A DNA stretch of 64,000 nucleotides from Promethearchaeia archaeon. Lineage in GTDB: Archaea > Asgardarchaeota > Lokiarchaeia > Sigyniarchaeales > SOKP01. The translations under genes and the position numbers were made by a program. The notes under the pieces were generated by a model, which did no database searches, was not told where the DNA came from, and saw only the letters and a program-made list of their open reading frames with translations. The stretch lies in contig JAHQWG010000016.1 of the NCBI GenBank assembly GCA_029856045.1, positions 64,001 to 128,000 of the forward strand. Reading direction: 5' to 3'. Shown here piece by piece: positions 1-11,900 of the stretch (within the stretch, counting starts at the first letter, position 1; each line of letters opens with the position of its first letter).

Positions 1-1889
1 AAAATTTCGGCCCTAACCTCTTTATTTGGGTCATTCATTAGGGATATTAATTCATTAACTGTACTTGAATCTAAATCTTCAATATTAATTCCTTGGAGAG
101 AAAATGCTGCTGCAGCTCTTACATTCTTATTTGGATGCTTCAATTTTTCAATAACTAAGGCTAAAGGAAATTTTTTAGGGGATTTTACTAAAAATTTAAG
201 CGTCTCTTCTTGAACCTTATAATCAGAATCTTGTAATAAATGTTCAAACTCTGTTAATGCGATATAATTTAAACTTTGGTTAGGAATTCTTGATAAAACC
301 ATAATTGCATAATATTTCATATGCCATTCAGTATCTTTGATTAATGATACAAGAACATTGATTGGAATCTGATTTATTAATTTTTTATCTGCTTTAGTTA
401 AGGTTTCTAAGATGGGGATTTTTTTATCATAATTTGGGCTATTTAATCCTTCAATTATCCATGAAAGTATTGTATCTGGAGCATCTTTTTCAAGTTGAAC
501 TAATACTTCAGTTGAGATTCTTTTAGAATTAGGATTAGGATCACTTATACCATCAAGTAATGTATTTTTAAATTTATTGCTTGTAAGGTCGATATCTCCC
601 TTCCGAGGTATTCTCTCAAACATTAATTTTATTGTTTCCTCTGCATGATCCCGTATTTTTTTATCTGAATTTTTAATAAAATTAAATAAAGGGATTGGAT
701 CAAAAGTTTGCCCGGATTTTGTTATCATTGAATATCTAAGATTTTGAGGGAACTCATTTTTTAAATTGATTACATAAAAAATAATAAAAAATAACAAAAT
801 AGTTTCTTCAATAATTGCTGCCGGAACAAATTCTATAAACCTAGTATTTATTGGTTGCGTGAAAATCCAAGAATTAAAAATTTTTTCTAATTTACTGGCG
901 TTTACTATTAAAAAATTGACTAAAACATTTAAACCAACAGCTGCAATTAAATACCCTGCAAAATATACATCAATTCCTCTGTATTTAATTTTTCGACCCC
1001 AAAATCTAGTAAAATAACCAATAATGCCAAATATCAATACTATAATAACCATCCAAGCATAGGACATGGTAGATATTGCCATTGAACCAGAAAAGTAGTA
1101 ATTTATAGTTTGTATTAATGAGATCCATGTCCAAACAAATACAAACAACATAACTCCAAGAATTATGTAAGGGGCTGGATCTCTGCCAAATTCTTCCATA
1201 GAACGCTTACTATTTTCAAATCCTAGAAAGAGATATCTATTTAACTCAGGTAGATGATAATATACATTACTTATTCCAGCTACATACCCTTTTGCTCCAT
1301 AGAATGTTAAAATCATTAAGGGATAAACTAACATCCATGACATCCAAATAATAATAACAGGAACGTTTGTGATTAACCATATCATAATAGGGGGAAAAAT
1401 AAAAATTATAAAATATAAAAGAACAGCAACAAGGAGAGAATAGGGTTTTGGAAATCGATTTATGATTTTTTTTCCAAGAAATTCATGAAAAGGAGTTAGA
1501 CCTTCACTCTTGTTCTCAGTCCATGCAATAAAGATAAAATCAAAGAGGGGATACCCTGAGATATAAAAAAGACCTGCAATCATTGGAAGGATTAATGCAT
1601 AAGGTGAAATCTCTGGAGGTGATACTCCTAATTGCCAAAATTCAGGAGTTTCGATAATAAAAATAACAATCATTGCAATAATCGTTATTGTTGCTAATCC
1701 AAAGATTAAACCGTAAATAACGCACACAAACCGATCCAAAATTGAAAATTCTCCTTTTTTAACAATAGAAACCTGTTTATAAATAAGTAAAAATCCGAAA
1801 ATGCTCGTACCAATGTAAAAAAACAATAATAAAATAGAAGTATCATTCCATGAGAATTGTAAATTGAATAGATCTCCGAAGATCCCCAT
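1..1889 (-). CDS. Multi-pass membrane protein with C-terminal HEAT/PBS-lyase-like repeats (3' end runs off the window; missing from ORF track)
   Basis: Manual translation from ATG at 1889 (MGIFGDLFNLQF...) is open to the window edge. About 9 hydrophobic segments are followed by HEAT-like units such as LKHPNKNVRAAAAFSL and LMNDPNKEVRAEI. Confidence 0.8.
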   Translation of the reverse strand, partial: MGIFGDLFNLQFSWNDTSILLLFFYIGTSIFGFLLIYKQVSIVKKGEFSILDRFVCVIYGLIFGLATITIIAMIVIFIIETPEFWQLGVSPPEISPYALILPMIAGLFYISGYPLFDFIFIAWTENKSEGLTPFHEFLGKKIINRFPKPYSLLVAVLLYFIIFIFPPIMIWLITNVPVIIIWMSWMLVYPLMILTFYGAKGYVAGISNVYYHLPELNRYLFLGFENSKRSMEEFGRDPAPYIILGVMLFVFVWTWISLIQTINYYFSGSMAISTMSYAWMVIIVLIFGIIGYFTRFWGRKIKYRGIDVYFAGYLIAAVGLNVLVNFLIVNASKLEKIFNSWIFTQPINTRFIEFVPAAIIEETILLFFIIFYVINLKNEFPQNLRYSMITKSGQTFDPIPLFNFIKNSDKKIRDHAEETIKLMFERIPRKGDIDLTSNKFKNTLLDGISDPNPNSKRISTEVLVQLEKDAPDTILSWIIEGLNSPNYDKKIPILETLTKADKKLINQIPINVLVSLIKDTEWHMKYYAIMVLSRIPNQSLNYIALTEFEHLLQDSDYKVQEETLKFLVKSPKKFPLALVIEKLKHPNKNVRAAAAFSLQGINIEDLDSSTVNELISLMNDPNKEVRAEI

Positions 1890-2071
1890 ATTAAACACTT
1901 TAAATTTTAGAATAATTAAGGAATTTTCTAATTAAATTAAATTTTATATTGTTATTTTAATATTAAATTTTAAAAAAGTAATGAATCTTATTATTTTAAT
2001 ATACTTTAAGTTATAATTTATTTGTGAATTTTTCTTTAGAATTGACAATCTTATTGAGTTAGTATATTAGA

Positions 2072-2623
2072 ATGCTAAAATTAGAAACAGACATCAGCTC
2101 TTATTTAGAGAGATTGAAGTTTATTTTTATAAACAAAATGATAGTTGTAGAATGTATTAAGGATAGTGATAGAATTAATTTATTTAGTGAAAATATTGGA
2201 CCTTTCAAAAGAGGACAAACTTATAAATTACCGTTTTGGAAAATAAAACCTTTTATTGAAAGAAACTATGTAAAAATTCAATCAGAGAATGATGTTAACA
2301 GTTCTTTAATTCAACAATTTGCAGAAAATGAACGAGATAATGCAAAATTGATAAAAAAAGAACATGATTTTTTTATAGAAATTAAAGAACTTAAGAAAAT
2401 AATTAAAAATAAAATTGAGAATGGTATAATTCCTAAAGAAGAATTGATTAAATTCCAATTGCATTTGGAATTTTTTTTGCATCAAAGAATCGCAAAAATT
2501 GAAAAATTGGCTACTAGTACCCCATCAATTGAGATATTGGGAAGATTAACCGATACAGAAAAGATATTATTTAAGGGATTTGAGAGTTTAATAAAAGAAT
2601 TTAAAGAATTTATATTAAATTAA
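2072..2623 (+). CDS. GINS complex subunit, Gins23/Psf2-type (B-A domain order)
   Basis: N-terminal B-domain motif IGPFKRGQTYKLPFW, then helical A domain with R-x-x-KI and LTDTEK. Confidence 0.7.
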   Translation: MLKLETDISSYLERLKFIFINKMIVVECIKDSDRINLFSENIGPFKRGQTYKLPFWKIKPFIERNYVKIQSENDVNSSLIQQFAENERDNAKLIKKEHDFFIEIKELKKIIKNKIENGIIPKEELIKFQLHLEFFLHQRIAKIEKLATSTPSIEILGRLTDTEKILFKGFESLIKEFKEFILN

Positions 2624-2642
2624 ACCTTCTAATTTTTCCTCT

Positions 2643-5315
2643 TTATTCAATAAAATCATAATAATTAATAATTTTAACAAATAATTTTAATAACCATATT
2701 GGAAGCAAGCTGCTTCCATAATCCAATAACATTAAATAATCGCTTTCTTTTGAATGCAATTCATTTTTAAAGTCAGGAAAATATAAGCCCCCACTAGCTT
2801 TTGGAGGACACCCAAAACTTAAACACAACTTCCAAGGCACGACAATATCAGTTGTTATATTCCAATTTTCTAAATTTTTTCGTGTAGCAATCCAACTGGA
2901 ATCACTATGAATTTGCAGTTTTTCCCCAGTTATTAAAAATATCTCTCCGAATACATTAATTGGGCCAATCCCTGTAATATAATCAATATTTTCTATTCCA
3001 ATTACATTTTTTCCTATTTTTAGAAATTTTCTAATATCAAAGATTTGAATGTTATTTTCTAACATGTTATAATTTAATGATTGTCGAGAAATGACGTGTC
3101 CAAGATATTCACCATTAATATAGACTTTGGAGAAACATCCAGCAATAACTTGTAAAAAGGCGTTTTTAATTTCCTCTTTAATCTCAATTATCTTTTTAAA
3201 ATAAGTGGGGGTACATCTTGCCTTTTTTGCTTCTGATTTCTCTTTTTCTTTAAGTGACTTAATAAAATAGCTATTAAAACTTCTTACTCTATCAGCTTTC
3301 AAGTAAATCCATTCACTAGGAATATTAGGGTTTTCCCATTCACTATTTTTTTTTAATTGTTCAATTTTATCATCATAAAATCTTACTAGCCAATAATAAT
3401 TATTTTTTAAGGTTGTGAAGCAATCAGATTTTGCGCTTTTTAACCATAAATACTCATAATCTTTAAATAAATTGGTAATTTCATCTTTTAAATCCACAAT
3501 CTCGCTACGTATTTTAGTAATTTTCTCTTTTTTTGCTTTTTTAAGATTGAGTTTAACTAATTTTTTTGAATTTATTTGTCTCTTACAAAAGAATTGTATT
3601 TGTTTCGCAACAAATCTTAAATTTTCAATATTGATTTTATTTTTCAATACAATATTTTCTAATTCAGAACAGTTTTCAATTATTTTATCCATATCATTGA
3701 TAATATTATTAAAGTCCTTTATCTTCCTAGTTCTCTTATATTTTGATGAATTTTTTCCGAAAGGATGGCTAAAAAATTTATTATAAAACCTTTTCCATCT
3801 AAAATGTAGTAATTTTTCATCTTGAATTCTTCGAAATATATCAATAATTTCTTTAGTCCTATCATCATATAACCCAAAGAAATGAAGTATAAGTTTTTTC
3901 CAAAATTCTTCTAAATCAATTTCTTTTCCCGGGTTCCAGCCAACTTCTGCAGAAAGAATAAATCCATATAATCGATTTTCTCTTATTTCTTTATTTCGGA
4001 AATCACCCCATGCAGACGTGATTTCCCCTAACATTCCACCCAATTCATAACCATATTTTATGAGATTGATAATATTTTTTTCAAAACCTGATATTGACGG
4101 GAATGGACGATTATAATCCCAAATTGAAGGACTTACAATAAATGGGAGGTCAAAACTTTTTATTTTATCTAATATTTTGTGTTTTTTTCTTGTGTTATAT
4201 TTCCAGTACATTATAATCATATCTTTGGGAAGATCTTCGAGTACTTCTGGATATTTATAGAGAATATCATGATAAATAATCACATATTTATTCCCATATT
4301 TTTTTACAGTATCATATATCTTGTTATAATGATTAAGATAAGCCTGAGCAATACCAATTTCTTCTACATACTCAGAAGATGCTCCTTTTCCTACATCCCA
4401 ACTCTCATCAGCAGCTATATGGAAATATTCTGTATCAAATGCTTCGCTTAATTCTCCAATCATCTCATCTAATAGGGGATATATTTCTTCATTACTGATA
4501 TTTAAACTATTAGAGCCGGGAAATTCCCCAAATTGCCAGTAATTTTGATTACTTAAGATATTTTCCCAATGACCAATTGTTTGAAATATTGGAATTAATT
4601 CAACAAAATGTTTTTTTGCATATTGAGATACTTCTTTAATTTCTTCTTTAGTATAAGATCCACGATTTTTGCCAATTTCAGGGTGATTTCGAAATTTAAA
4701 CATATCTTGCATATATACGAGGTAATATTGATTAATCTTAAAATGGCTTAATTCCAGAATGAAACGTTTAAGATTTTCAACAGTTGGGGCTTGACCTCGT
4801 GAAATATCATCTGAAATCCCCCTAATTAGCAATAAAGGATAATCAATTATGCAAAATTCAGGAAAAATTAACTTATTTTCTACACAATTTAATAATTGAA
4901 AAAAGGTTTGAACTCCATAAAATATACCTTGAGCACTTTCGGCTTGGATAATTAAATTAGTCCCTAATGTGTTTAAAGTATAACCTTGTTGTAAGAAATT
5001 ATCTTGATTTATTATTTGATTAATATTTATTTCTGAAAAGGTTTCTTGAAGAAAAATTAAATTCTCATTATCATTTTCTAATTTTTGAACCTTAATTATT
5101 TCTAAATTTTCAGATAAACCAAATTCAATTAATTTATCTTGGAGTTGTGAAATGACGTGCTTAAACTCCTCTGGTAAATTAGTTTTAATCTGTGATTTAG
5201 AAGTAATTTTATTATTTTTTTTAAAAATCTTAATGAATTGTGGTTCAGGTAATATTTTTATTTCATTTAAATTGAAATCTGAAGTTTTTTTAATTGAATC
5301 TATTATTAAAAACAT
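2643..5315 (-). CDS. GH20 beta-N-acetylhexosaminidase-like glycoside hydrolase with C-terminal beta-sandwich
   Basis: GH20b motif [24 protein letters not shown], and catalytic H-x-x-x-D-E (HIAADE). Confidence 0.85.
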   Translation of the reverse strand: MFLIIDSIKKTSDFNLNEIKILPEPQFIKIFKKNNKITSKSQIKTNLPEEFKHVISQLQDKLIEFGLSENLEIIKVQKLENDNENLIFLQETFSEININQIINQDNFLQQGYTLNTLGTNLIIQAESAQGIFYGVQTFFQLLNCVENKLIFPEFCIIDYPLLLIRGISDDISRGQAPTVENLKRFILELSHFKINQYYLVYMQDMFKFRNHPEIGKNRGSYTKEEIKEVSQYAKKHFVELIPIFQTIGHWENILSNQNYWQFGEFPGSNSLNISNEEIYPLLDEMIGELSEAFDTEYFHIAADESWDVGKGASSEYVEEIGIAQAYLNHYNKIYDTVKKYGNKYVIIYHDILYKYPEVLEDLPKDMIIMYWKYNTRKKHKILDKIKSFDLPFIVSPSIWDYNRPFPSISGFEKNIINLIKYGYELGGMLGEITSAWGDFRNKEIRENRLYGFILSAEVGWNPGKEIDLEEFWKKLILHFFGLYDDRTKEIIDIFRRIQDEKLLHFRWKRFYNKFFSHPFGKNSSKYKRTRKIKDFNNIINDMDKIIENCSELENIVLKNKINIENLRFVAKQIQFFCKRQINSKKLVKLNLKKAKKEKITKIRSEIVDLKDEITNLFKDYEYLWLKSAKSDCFTTLKNNYYWLVRFYDDKIEQLKKNSEWENPNIPSEWIYLKADRVRSFNSYFIKSLKEKEKSEAKKARCTPTYFKKIIEIKEEIKNAFLQVIAGCFSKVYINGEYLGHVISRQSLNYNMLENNIQIFDIRKFLKIGKNVIGIENIDYITGIGPINVFGEIFLITGEKLQIHSDSSWIATRKNLENWNITTDIVVPWKLCLSFGCPPKASGGLYFPDFKNELHSKESDYLMLLDYGSSLLPIWLLKLFVKIINYYDFIE

Positions 5316-5412
5316 TTCTTTCAGTTGCTATTTTAAGTTGATCTATTAAACAAAATTTAAAACTTAATCTATGGAAAAAAATTTTTCTAATATTAAATAT
5401 TATAATACTTAA

Positions 5413-6432
5413 ATGGAAGAAGTACTTACAGACATATTTTTAATTAAGGAAAAAGGTGCTTGGGGTGCATATAAACCAACACAAAATATTTACATACTAG
5501 TTGGGACTGGAGGCAATGATGGATTAATCTATGATGCTGGATATGGCAATAAAAAGACAGTTAAGTATCTTGTAGCTCAAATTAATAAACTAAGAAATTT
5601 TTTTAAAGAAAAGAATAAGGAATTTAACCTTTCTCGACTTCTTGTGAGTCATGCCCATCCAGATCATTTTTCTGGCGCAATAAAATTAAGAAAATATTTA
5701 GGAATAAAAATTATTCTTACAGAAAAAACAGCAAGGAAACTCAGTGATATAAAATATTTTTCTCAAAATTTTGAAGCCTCAAATGAAAAAGTATTAAAAA
5801 AGAAGAAATCTTGGTTTAAACGATTTAAAGGTTATTTCTTGACACAATTTGGTCATTTTTTTTTCAAAAGAGTATATGGACTAACATTAATTAAAAATCC
5901 TGATATTATTATTCCTGAAAATTGTGAAATTTTAATTAATGGAGAGAAATGGAAAATATTTCCATCTCCTGGACATAGCTCTGATCATATATCACTTTAT
6001 AATGAGAAAAAGGGAGTCTTATTTTCAGGTGATAATGTACTAAGTTCAATTACTACGTGGCTTGGTCCACCTGATTCAAATTTAGAAGATTATATAAGTT
6101 GGGTTAAAGAAATCTCAAACCTTCCAAATCTTAAACTAATTTTAGGAGCCCATGGAAGTGTAATTAAAGATCCAAGGCAGAGGCTTAAGGAAATATTGGA
6201 ACATAGAGAAGATAGAACAAAACAAATTGAAGAACTTGTAATGAAAAATAATGAAAATGGAGCTACAGTAACTGCAATCACTAAAGAATTATACCCCGGC
6301 GAAAGTCGGATGAAACACCGGATGGCAAAAGGATATGTAGTGTTAACACTTCGATATTTAGAAAAGAATCAAAAAATTTATAGCAAAATTGATAAGAAAA
6401 GTAAAATAAAATATTTTCCGATTAGGAGCTAA
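5413..6432 (+). CDS. Metallo-beta-lactamase fold hydrolase (LACTB2-like, C-terminal winged helix)
   Basis: SHAHPDH, PGHSSDH, FSGD and GAHG motifs. Confidence 0.85.
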   Translation: MEEVLTDIFLIKEKGAWGAYKPTQNIYILVGTGGNDGLIYDAGYGNKKTVKYLVAQINKLRNFFKEKNKEFNLSRLLVSHAHPDHFSGAIKLRKYLGIKIILTEKTARKLSDIKYFSQNFEASNEKVLKKKKSWFKRFKGYFLTQFGHFFFKRVYGLTLIKNPDIIIPENCEILINGEKWKIFPSPGHSSDHISLYNEKKGVLFSGDNVLSSITTWLGPPDSNLEDYISWVKEISNLPNLKLILGAHGSVIKDPRQRLKEILEHREDRTKQIEELVMKNNENGATVTAITKELYPGESRMKHRMAKGYVVLTLRYLEKNQKIYSKIDKKSKIKYFPIRS

Positions 6433-6444
6433 AATATTTTAATT

Positions 6445-7197
6445 TTAAATTTTCGCCAAAGAAATGATTTCTTTTATTTTGGCTTGATCTTGAAATTTAG
6501 AATAATCTTCAAAATATTCTCTTATAATCGAATATTCTTGGGGGTCGAATTTATCTTCAAGCCAATGAAGTTTGGATTTAAAGGGAATTAAGGAATAAAG
6601 ACTATACCCCAATTCTTCAGCTTTTTCTTTAGCTCCTTGTTCTCGATCTAAGAGAACAACAAAATCCTTACAGCTAACCTTGATATTTCGCTTTTTAGCA
6701 ACATACTTTAATTGTTCAAGGGCTAAGATTTTACTCGTAAATTTTGTAACTAAATCATCAATAATAACAATTTTATCATTATTTTCAATATCGCCTTCTA
6801 TTAATTTATGGTCGCCATATTGTGAAATAAATTTTTCAAAATCTTCTAAATTTTTTACATTTTCAAGCTTTCTAGTATATAAGGAAGGTATTCCAGAGAA
6901 AGCTGTTATAGAGGTAGCTATATAAATTCCAGTCATAGCAATACCTATAACTTTATCTACTTGGCCAATTTCATTCTTAATCAACTTTCCAAGGCTATTT
7001 CCAATAAGTTCTAATAATTTTTGAGCATTCTTTTTACTCGTTAATTCTCTTAGGGAGATATATATTGGGCTCCACAAGCCACTATGTAAAGTCCATCCTT
7101 CTTTTGTATCCCTATACCAAGTTTTAATAGCTCGAATTTGATATAATTCTTCAAGAATTTGTTTTCCGAGTTTTTCCTTTTCTTCTTTCCAAATCAT
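6445..7197 (-). CDS. pyrE: Orotate phosphoribosyltransferase
   Basis: WTLHSGLWSPIYISLR, YTRK, PRPP-binding IIDDLVT, VLLDREQGA. Confidence 0.8.
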   Translation of the reverse strand: MIWKEEKEKLGKQILEELYQIRAIKTWYRDTKEGWTLHSGLWSPIYISLRELTSKKNAQKLLELIGNSLGKLIKNEIGQVDKVIGIAMTGIYIATSITAFSGIPSLYTRKLENVKNLEDFEKFISQYGDHKLIEGDIENNDKIVIIDDLVTKFTSKILALEQLKYVAKKRNIKVSCKDFVVLLDREQGAKEKAEELGYSLYSLIPFKSKLHWLEDKFDPQEYSIIREYFEDYSKFQDQAKIKEIISLAKI

Positions 7198-7206
7198 TTT
7201 TAGTTA

Positions 7207-7749
7207 TTAATCGCCAATTTCTGCTTGTAATTTTAATAATTTTTTTCTTTCTGAGGCGTATTCTTCATTAGATACCTTTTCTTCTAGCCAATCTTTCTCA
7301 AGTTGTTCCATTTTTTTACGCATTTGCTCTAACTGTTTTTTCTTTTTGGCTTTCTCAAAGTTATTTAACGCTTTTTGGGCTAATTTTTTAATTTTTTCAT
7401 TTTCATCTTTAAGGAGTTTTTCTAGATAAGGTATAATTGGTTTAGCCATTTCAGTTTTTTTCCTAGTAATCTCCTCTAAACGTGTTAATAACGTTAATCT
7501 TTCCTCACTATTTTCTGTTTCCAAACCCTTAGCCATTAAGGGGATTGCAACATCTTTAATAAGTTCGTCCAAGTGTTTATTTATTTCAGATCTTAATTTA
7601 TTATTAGTAAATCTTGATAAATGGTCTTTTCGATAGTTTTCGATAATTACAATTGGAATCTCGGGAGACCAATCCATCATTTTCTCTTTATCAATTAATT
7701 GAACGATGCCACCATCGATATTTTTATTATTTTTATAAAATATTTTCAT
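7207..7749 (-). CDS. Hypothetical protein with HEAT-like pair and C-terminal coiled coil
   Basis: IPYLEKLLKDENEKIKKLAQKAL is HEAT-like; abuts top6A. Confidence 0.55.
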   Translation of the reverse strand: MKIFYKNNKNIDGGIVQLIDKEKMMDWSPEIPIVIIENYRKDHLSRFTNNKLRSEINKHLDELIKDVAIPLMAKGLETENSEERLTLLTRLEEITRKKTEMAKPIIPYLEKLLKDENEKIKKLAQKALNNFEKAKKKKQLEQMRKKMEQLEKDWLEEKVSNEEYASERKKLLKLQAEIGD

Positions 7750-7750
7750 C

Positions 7751-8935
7751 TTATATCCAATCTCCCGTAGTTAATTTTGTTGGTAAATATTTATCGGCTA
7801 AAAAGTTAAATCCATGAGAAGTAAAAGCTTGTATTTCCGCCTTTATTTTTAATTTAAGGGCTAAATTGAGATCTGCTTCCCATTTTTTATTTTTTTTAAC
7901 GAACTTTTCATTTAACATATCCTTTATTCTTTTAATGTCATTTGAATTCATAGGAATTCTAGCTTCTTGAGGTATTTTATATTCATCGAGATCTTTAGTT
8001 AGTACACCAAGGAGTTTAATATTGGGAGTTGCGAGAAACGGTGATTCGTAGCTTAACCTTTTAGAGCCTCTTAAATAAACAGAATGAATATAATGCCCAT
8101 ATGGATCACTATCAACTAATGAAAAGACTGGTAGATTCAATTCTTTACTAAGACGCTTTAAAAACATTCTAACTGCAACATTTCCAACGCCTTGAGCTGT
8201 TATCAGGATACTAGGATATTTTTCCCAGAATTTATGCTTGTTAAGGCGCATCATAGCGGCGTCTTTTTCAATTACTAAAATAAATTCGGCATCTGATTCA
8301 ATAATATCTATTTCATCTAACATAGTAGATACTTGCCAATATCCACTTCCTATCCTTTCAAGGTCAATTATTTCAGTACCATCTCTAATTCTAAGTTTAC
8401 CAACACACGCACCTCTTGGAGCAGCAATAATGTGAGTTGAATTTCTTATAGTATATAACATAGTAGAAATATCTTCTATATTTTTATCACTATTCTTTTG
8501 ATCTTGAAATAATTTCACAGCAGTATAGAAAATTTCACGTTTCGTTGCGTAATCATTTGTTTTAAGGAGTTCGTAGATCTTTTCTAAAACTTTCATTAAT
8601 CTAGTAATATCAACAACGCTAGTAAGACTGTGAAAGTGTTTTTCTACTATCTGCTTTCCTAATAGCAATAAGTCGTTTTCCTCGTCCCATATTATATTTG
8701 ATCCTGACCTCGAGGGCAGTTTAATTGAAGGTCGACCAGTTGTGTAAATTACCTGGACTAATTTATCTACAAGTTCGTTAATTCTTATAATTGTGTTTTT
8801 TACAGGAAGATCTTCGATTTTAATTGTATCTTCTGGAAATTTTATTTCCTTTTTTTGTTGTCCTATTTCTAAATATTGGCTTAATAGATCTTTAGTAGCT
8901 TTTAAATCGTAATTTTCTTTACTCTTTGATGCCAT
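7751..8935 (-). CDS. top6A: DNA topoisomerase VI subunit A (Spo11 family)
   Basis: TKREIFY (catalytic Tyr), VIEKDA, DSDPYG Toprim motif, KAEIQA. Confidence 0.95.
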   Translation of the reverse strand: MASKSKENYDLKATKDLLSQYLEIGQQKKEIKFPEDTIKIEDLPVKNTIIRINELVDKLVQVIYTTGRPSIKLPSRSGSNIIWDEENDLLLLGKQIVEKHFHSLTSVVDITRLMKVLEKIYELLKTNDYATKREIFYTAVKLFQDQKNSDKNIEDISTMLYTIRNSTHIIAAPRGACVGKLRIRDGTEIIDLERIGSGYWQVSTMLDEIDIIESDAEFILVIEKDAAMMRLNKHKFWEKYPSILITAQGVGNVAVRMFLKRLSKELNLPVFSLVDSDPYGHYIHSVYLRGSKRLSYESPFLATPNIKLLGVLTKDLDEYKIPQEARIPMNSNDIKRIKDMLNEKFVKKNKKWEADLNLALKLKIKAEIQAFTSHGFNFLADKYLPTKLTTGDWI

Positions 8936-8949
8936 TATATTTACCTATT

Positions 8950-11900
8950 TTATTTTTTTAACTTCCAATATTTTTTCCCACTTTGAATATTAGCTAAGAC
9001 TTTATTTTCCCGTTCAAGCTGTTTAAGTTTAACTTGTAATAATCGGGCATCCATCATATCACTGATTCCTAATCTAAATATCAAGTGCTTAATTGATTGC
9101 CATTCTTCATTTAATATAGAGAAGATTTTTTCTGTTGTTATTACAGGTAATGATGTTTGTACAGTTTTCTTTATAGGTTTTTTAATAGGTGTTATTTTTG
9201 GGGGAGTTCCAAGTTTTTTAGCCATTGCTATGGGTTGAGAGGTTTTAGGTTTTGAAATTAATGGTTTTGTAATTAGTTTTTTAGGAGTGGAAGTTTTCTT
9301 TGGAATAGTGGTAGGAATTTTTCCTATAGATGTAGGAACCTTAGTTTTTATAGATGGTGTAATTATTTTTGCTGGTTGAGGTTTAGGAGAGATTTGAGGT
9401 GTTTTAATAGCAGGTTTCGGTATTTCCGATATAATTTTTGATGGAATTATTGGAGGTTTTTCAACTTTAGGTACTTCTGGCAATAACACCTTCTCTGGTT
9501 TTTCACCTATAGCACTACGCAATAGATTTTCTAATTCAACCTTTTTCAATTTATTTTTGTATTTATCTTCATTTTTTGCAATATTATAAAGAGAATTAAC
9601 AAAAATTGGAATAAATTTCAAAATTTTTTTCTCTCTATCCATACCTCTACGTATTTTTTCTCTTCTGTTTAAATAACTCTTAATCTGGAGACCAATTTTC
9701 TGTAGAGTTAATTTAATTTCGGTCATTAAAATTTCGTCTTCAGCCAACGCATTTTTTGACTGAGATTTAAACATAAGATGAACAAATGGACCAGAAACAT
9801 TTATTATTAATCTAAGAGGCCCTTTAGGCAAGCCGTTATCATAAACATCCAATCTGTAATTCTCCTTCCACTTGACGGATTGTGCTGCTTTCATTATAGC
9901 ACAATCTGCACTATCTCGCAATTTCGATGTGCGATTAACATATCTTAAAAGAATATCCCTAGGTAATTTTGGACTCTCTAATCCCTCTTTATAAGCTAAT
10001 GCAGCCTCAACCACAAATGCAAGACCTTTTCCACTCGTAGGTGATCTAGTTTCAGCTGCAACAAAATCTTTTGGCATCATTTCATTGATTTCTCTTTGAG
10101 TTTCATTTTCAGTGATACTTTGAAGATCAATTTTGGATTCATCAATATCTTCGAGATTAGTAGAAACGTTTAGATTATATTCGTCAATTAAAATGTTTTT
10201 TAATATAGTTGAGCTTATGGGTATTGCTGTATCGGTCGGGGGAGATAAGTATTTCATAGATTTAAAAGCTAGAAATAACTCATTAAATTGATCACTTGTT
10301 ATTTCAGCTGGTTTAGTTTTAGAAATTAAAACCTTTTTAATTAATTCTAAATTCTTTGTTCGAACTTCAGAAGATTTAAGTTCTGTAATTCCATCTTTAA
10401 TATTTTCAAATTTATCTTCTAATTTCTTTTTAATTTCAACTTTTTGCTTTTCCTTTCTATCAATTTCATTATTAAGGTTATTTATACTTTTTCTTATTAT
10501 ATTTTCTCGCTTCTTAGTAATTTTTTCTTTCTCAAATTCATTTTTCGTAGATTTTATTTTTTTCTGTATTCCTTTAATTTCTTTACATTCTTGATTGAAT
10601 TGTTCGATTAAATCCCAGTATGTTTTTTTTAGGTCCATATTTTCAATTTTATAGGTTATTAACTGGTCTCTTTTTTTTGTAGATTTTCCCCAGACTCTTG
10701 GTTCATAGCGCATTAAATGTATTGGAGAAGTCAATTTTGGGGCTCTATTAATATAAAATTTATCTACTACTAATAGGTTTAATTTCTCCTCCAATTGCTG
10801 TTCAGCTTTATTAGTTATAGTTTTTGCTATTTTTGAGCTCATTCTAACAAAACTGTCCTGTAGGAAGGAAGATATCGTTTTATGTTCAGATTTTGTAATA
10901 TAATCTTGAAAATCTCCAATATTTACAGAAGAGGGATGTGGTAACGCATATTTTGGTTCAGGCGGAAATTTATTAACCCTTCTGGAATAATTAAAGCTTT
11001 CATTATTCGGATCGATATATTTTATTGTAACATGAGGGTTCATAAGTGCTGTTTTTTTAATATATTCATCAACATAACGTGCTATATATTTAATATTCAA
11101 GTAATTCAATTTAATATAGGTTCCGTGAAGAAATGATGTTTCAATTTCTGTATGGGGTATTACATATTTCTTTTCATTTTTTGAAGTCGTAAAAAATTGA
11201 GAGGCTGTTGCATAAACATCAAACTGAGTTTTGGAAACAGCAATTATTGGTTCTCCTGTTGTATTTTGTGAATCACTAAATGCACTAGGAGCTCCAAATC
11301 CTTGACTACCTCTGGTTTGTTTTAATTTTACACTTTTACTTGATGCTAAGTAGATACCGAATTTTCTTAAATCAGAACGATTCATTCCAGTTCCATTATC
11401 AAAGATTTCAAAGGTATATCTCATTATATTCTTTTTTCCTAATTCATCTGTTAAAACAGAAGGAGCTTCAGATTCTGTTAATTTAATAATTATAATTGGC
11501 TCATTATCTACAATATGCTCAAATGGTAAGAGCAACTTCTCCATATCATGAATTAAATTTTTTACTAACTTCTCTTTTTTCTTTTTATCTCTTTTTTCTG
11601 TAGGTTTTTCTTCAGTGAGCATAATTTTTTTTGGACTTGTTTCTGTTTTTAATTCCGCTTCTGAAGTTTTATAACTTTCTCCATTAATTTCCAATATTAG
11701 ATCTTCATTTAATTTTGCTCCAAACTTAATAACATCAAAATCTTTATCTATAGTGAATTTGGTTTTTGATTCATTTTTTAATTGTTCCCATTGGAAAGAT
11801 TCGATCGCATCAATAGCATTATCCATGAATTCTGCTGCATATTGAACATGTTTCCAATGGCCAAACTCAAATCCAACTAATTGAGTTCTCTTTCTCATAA

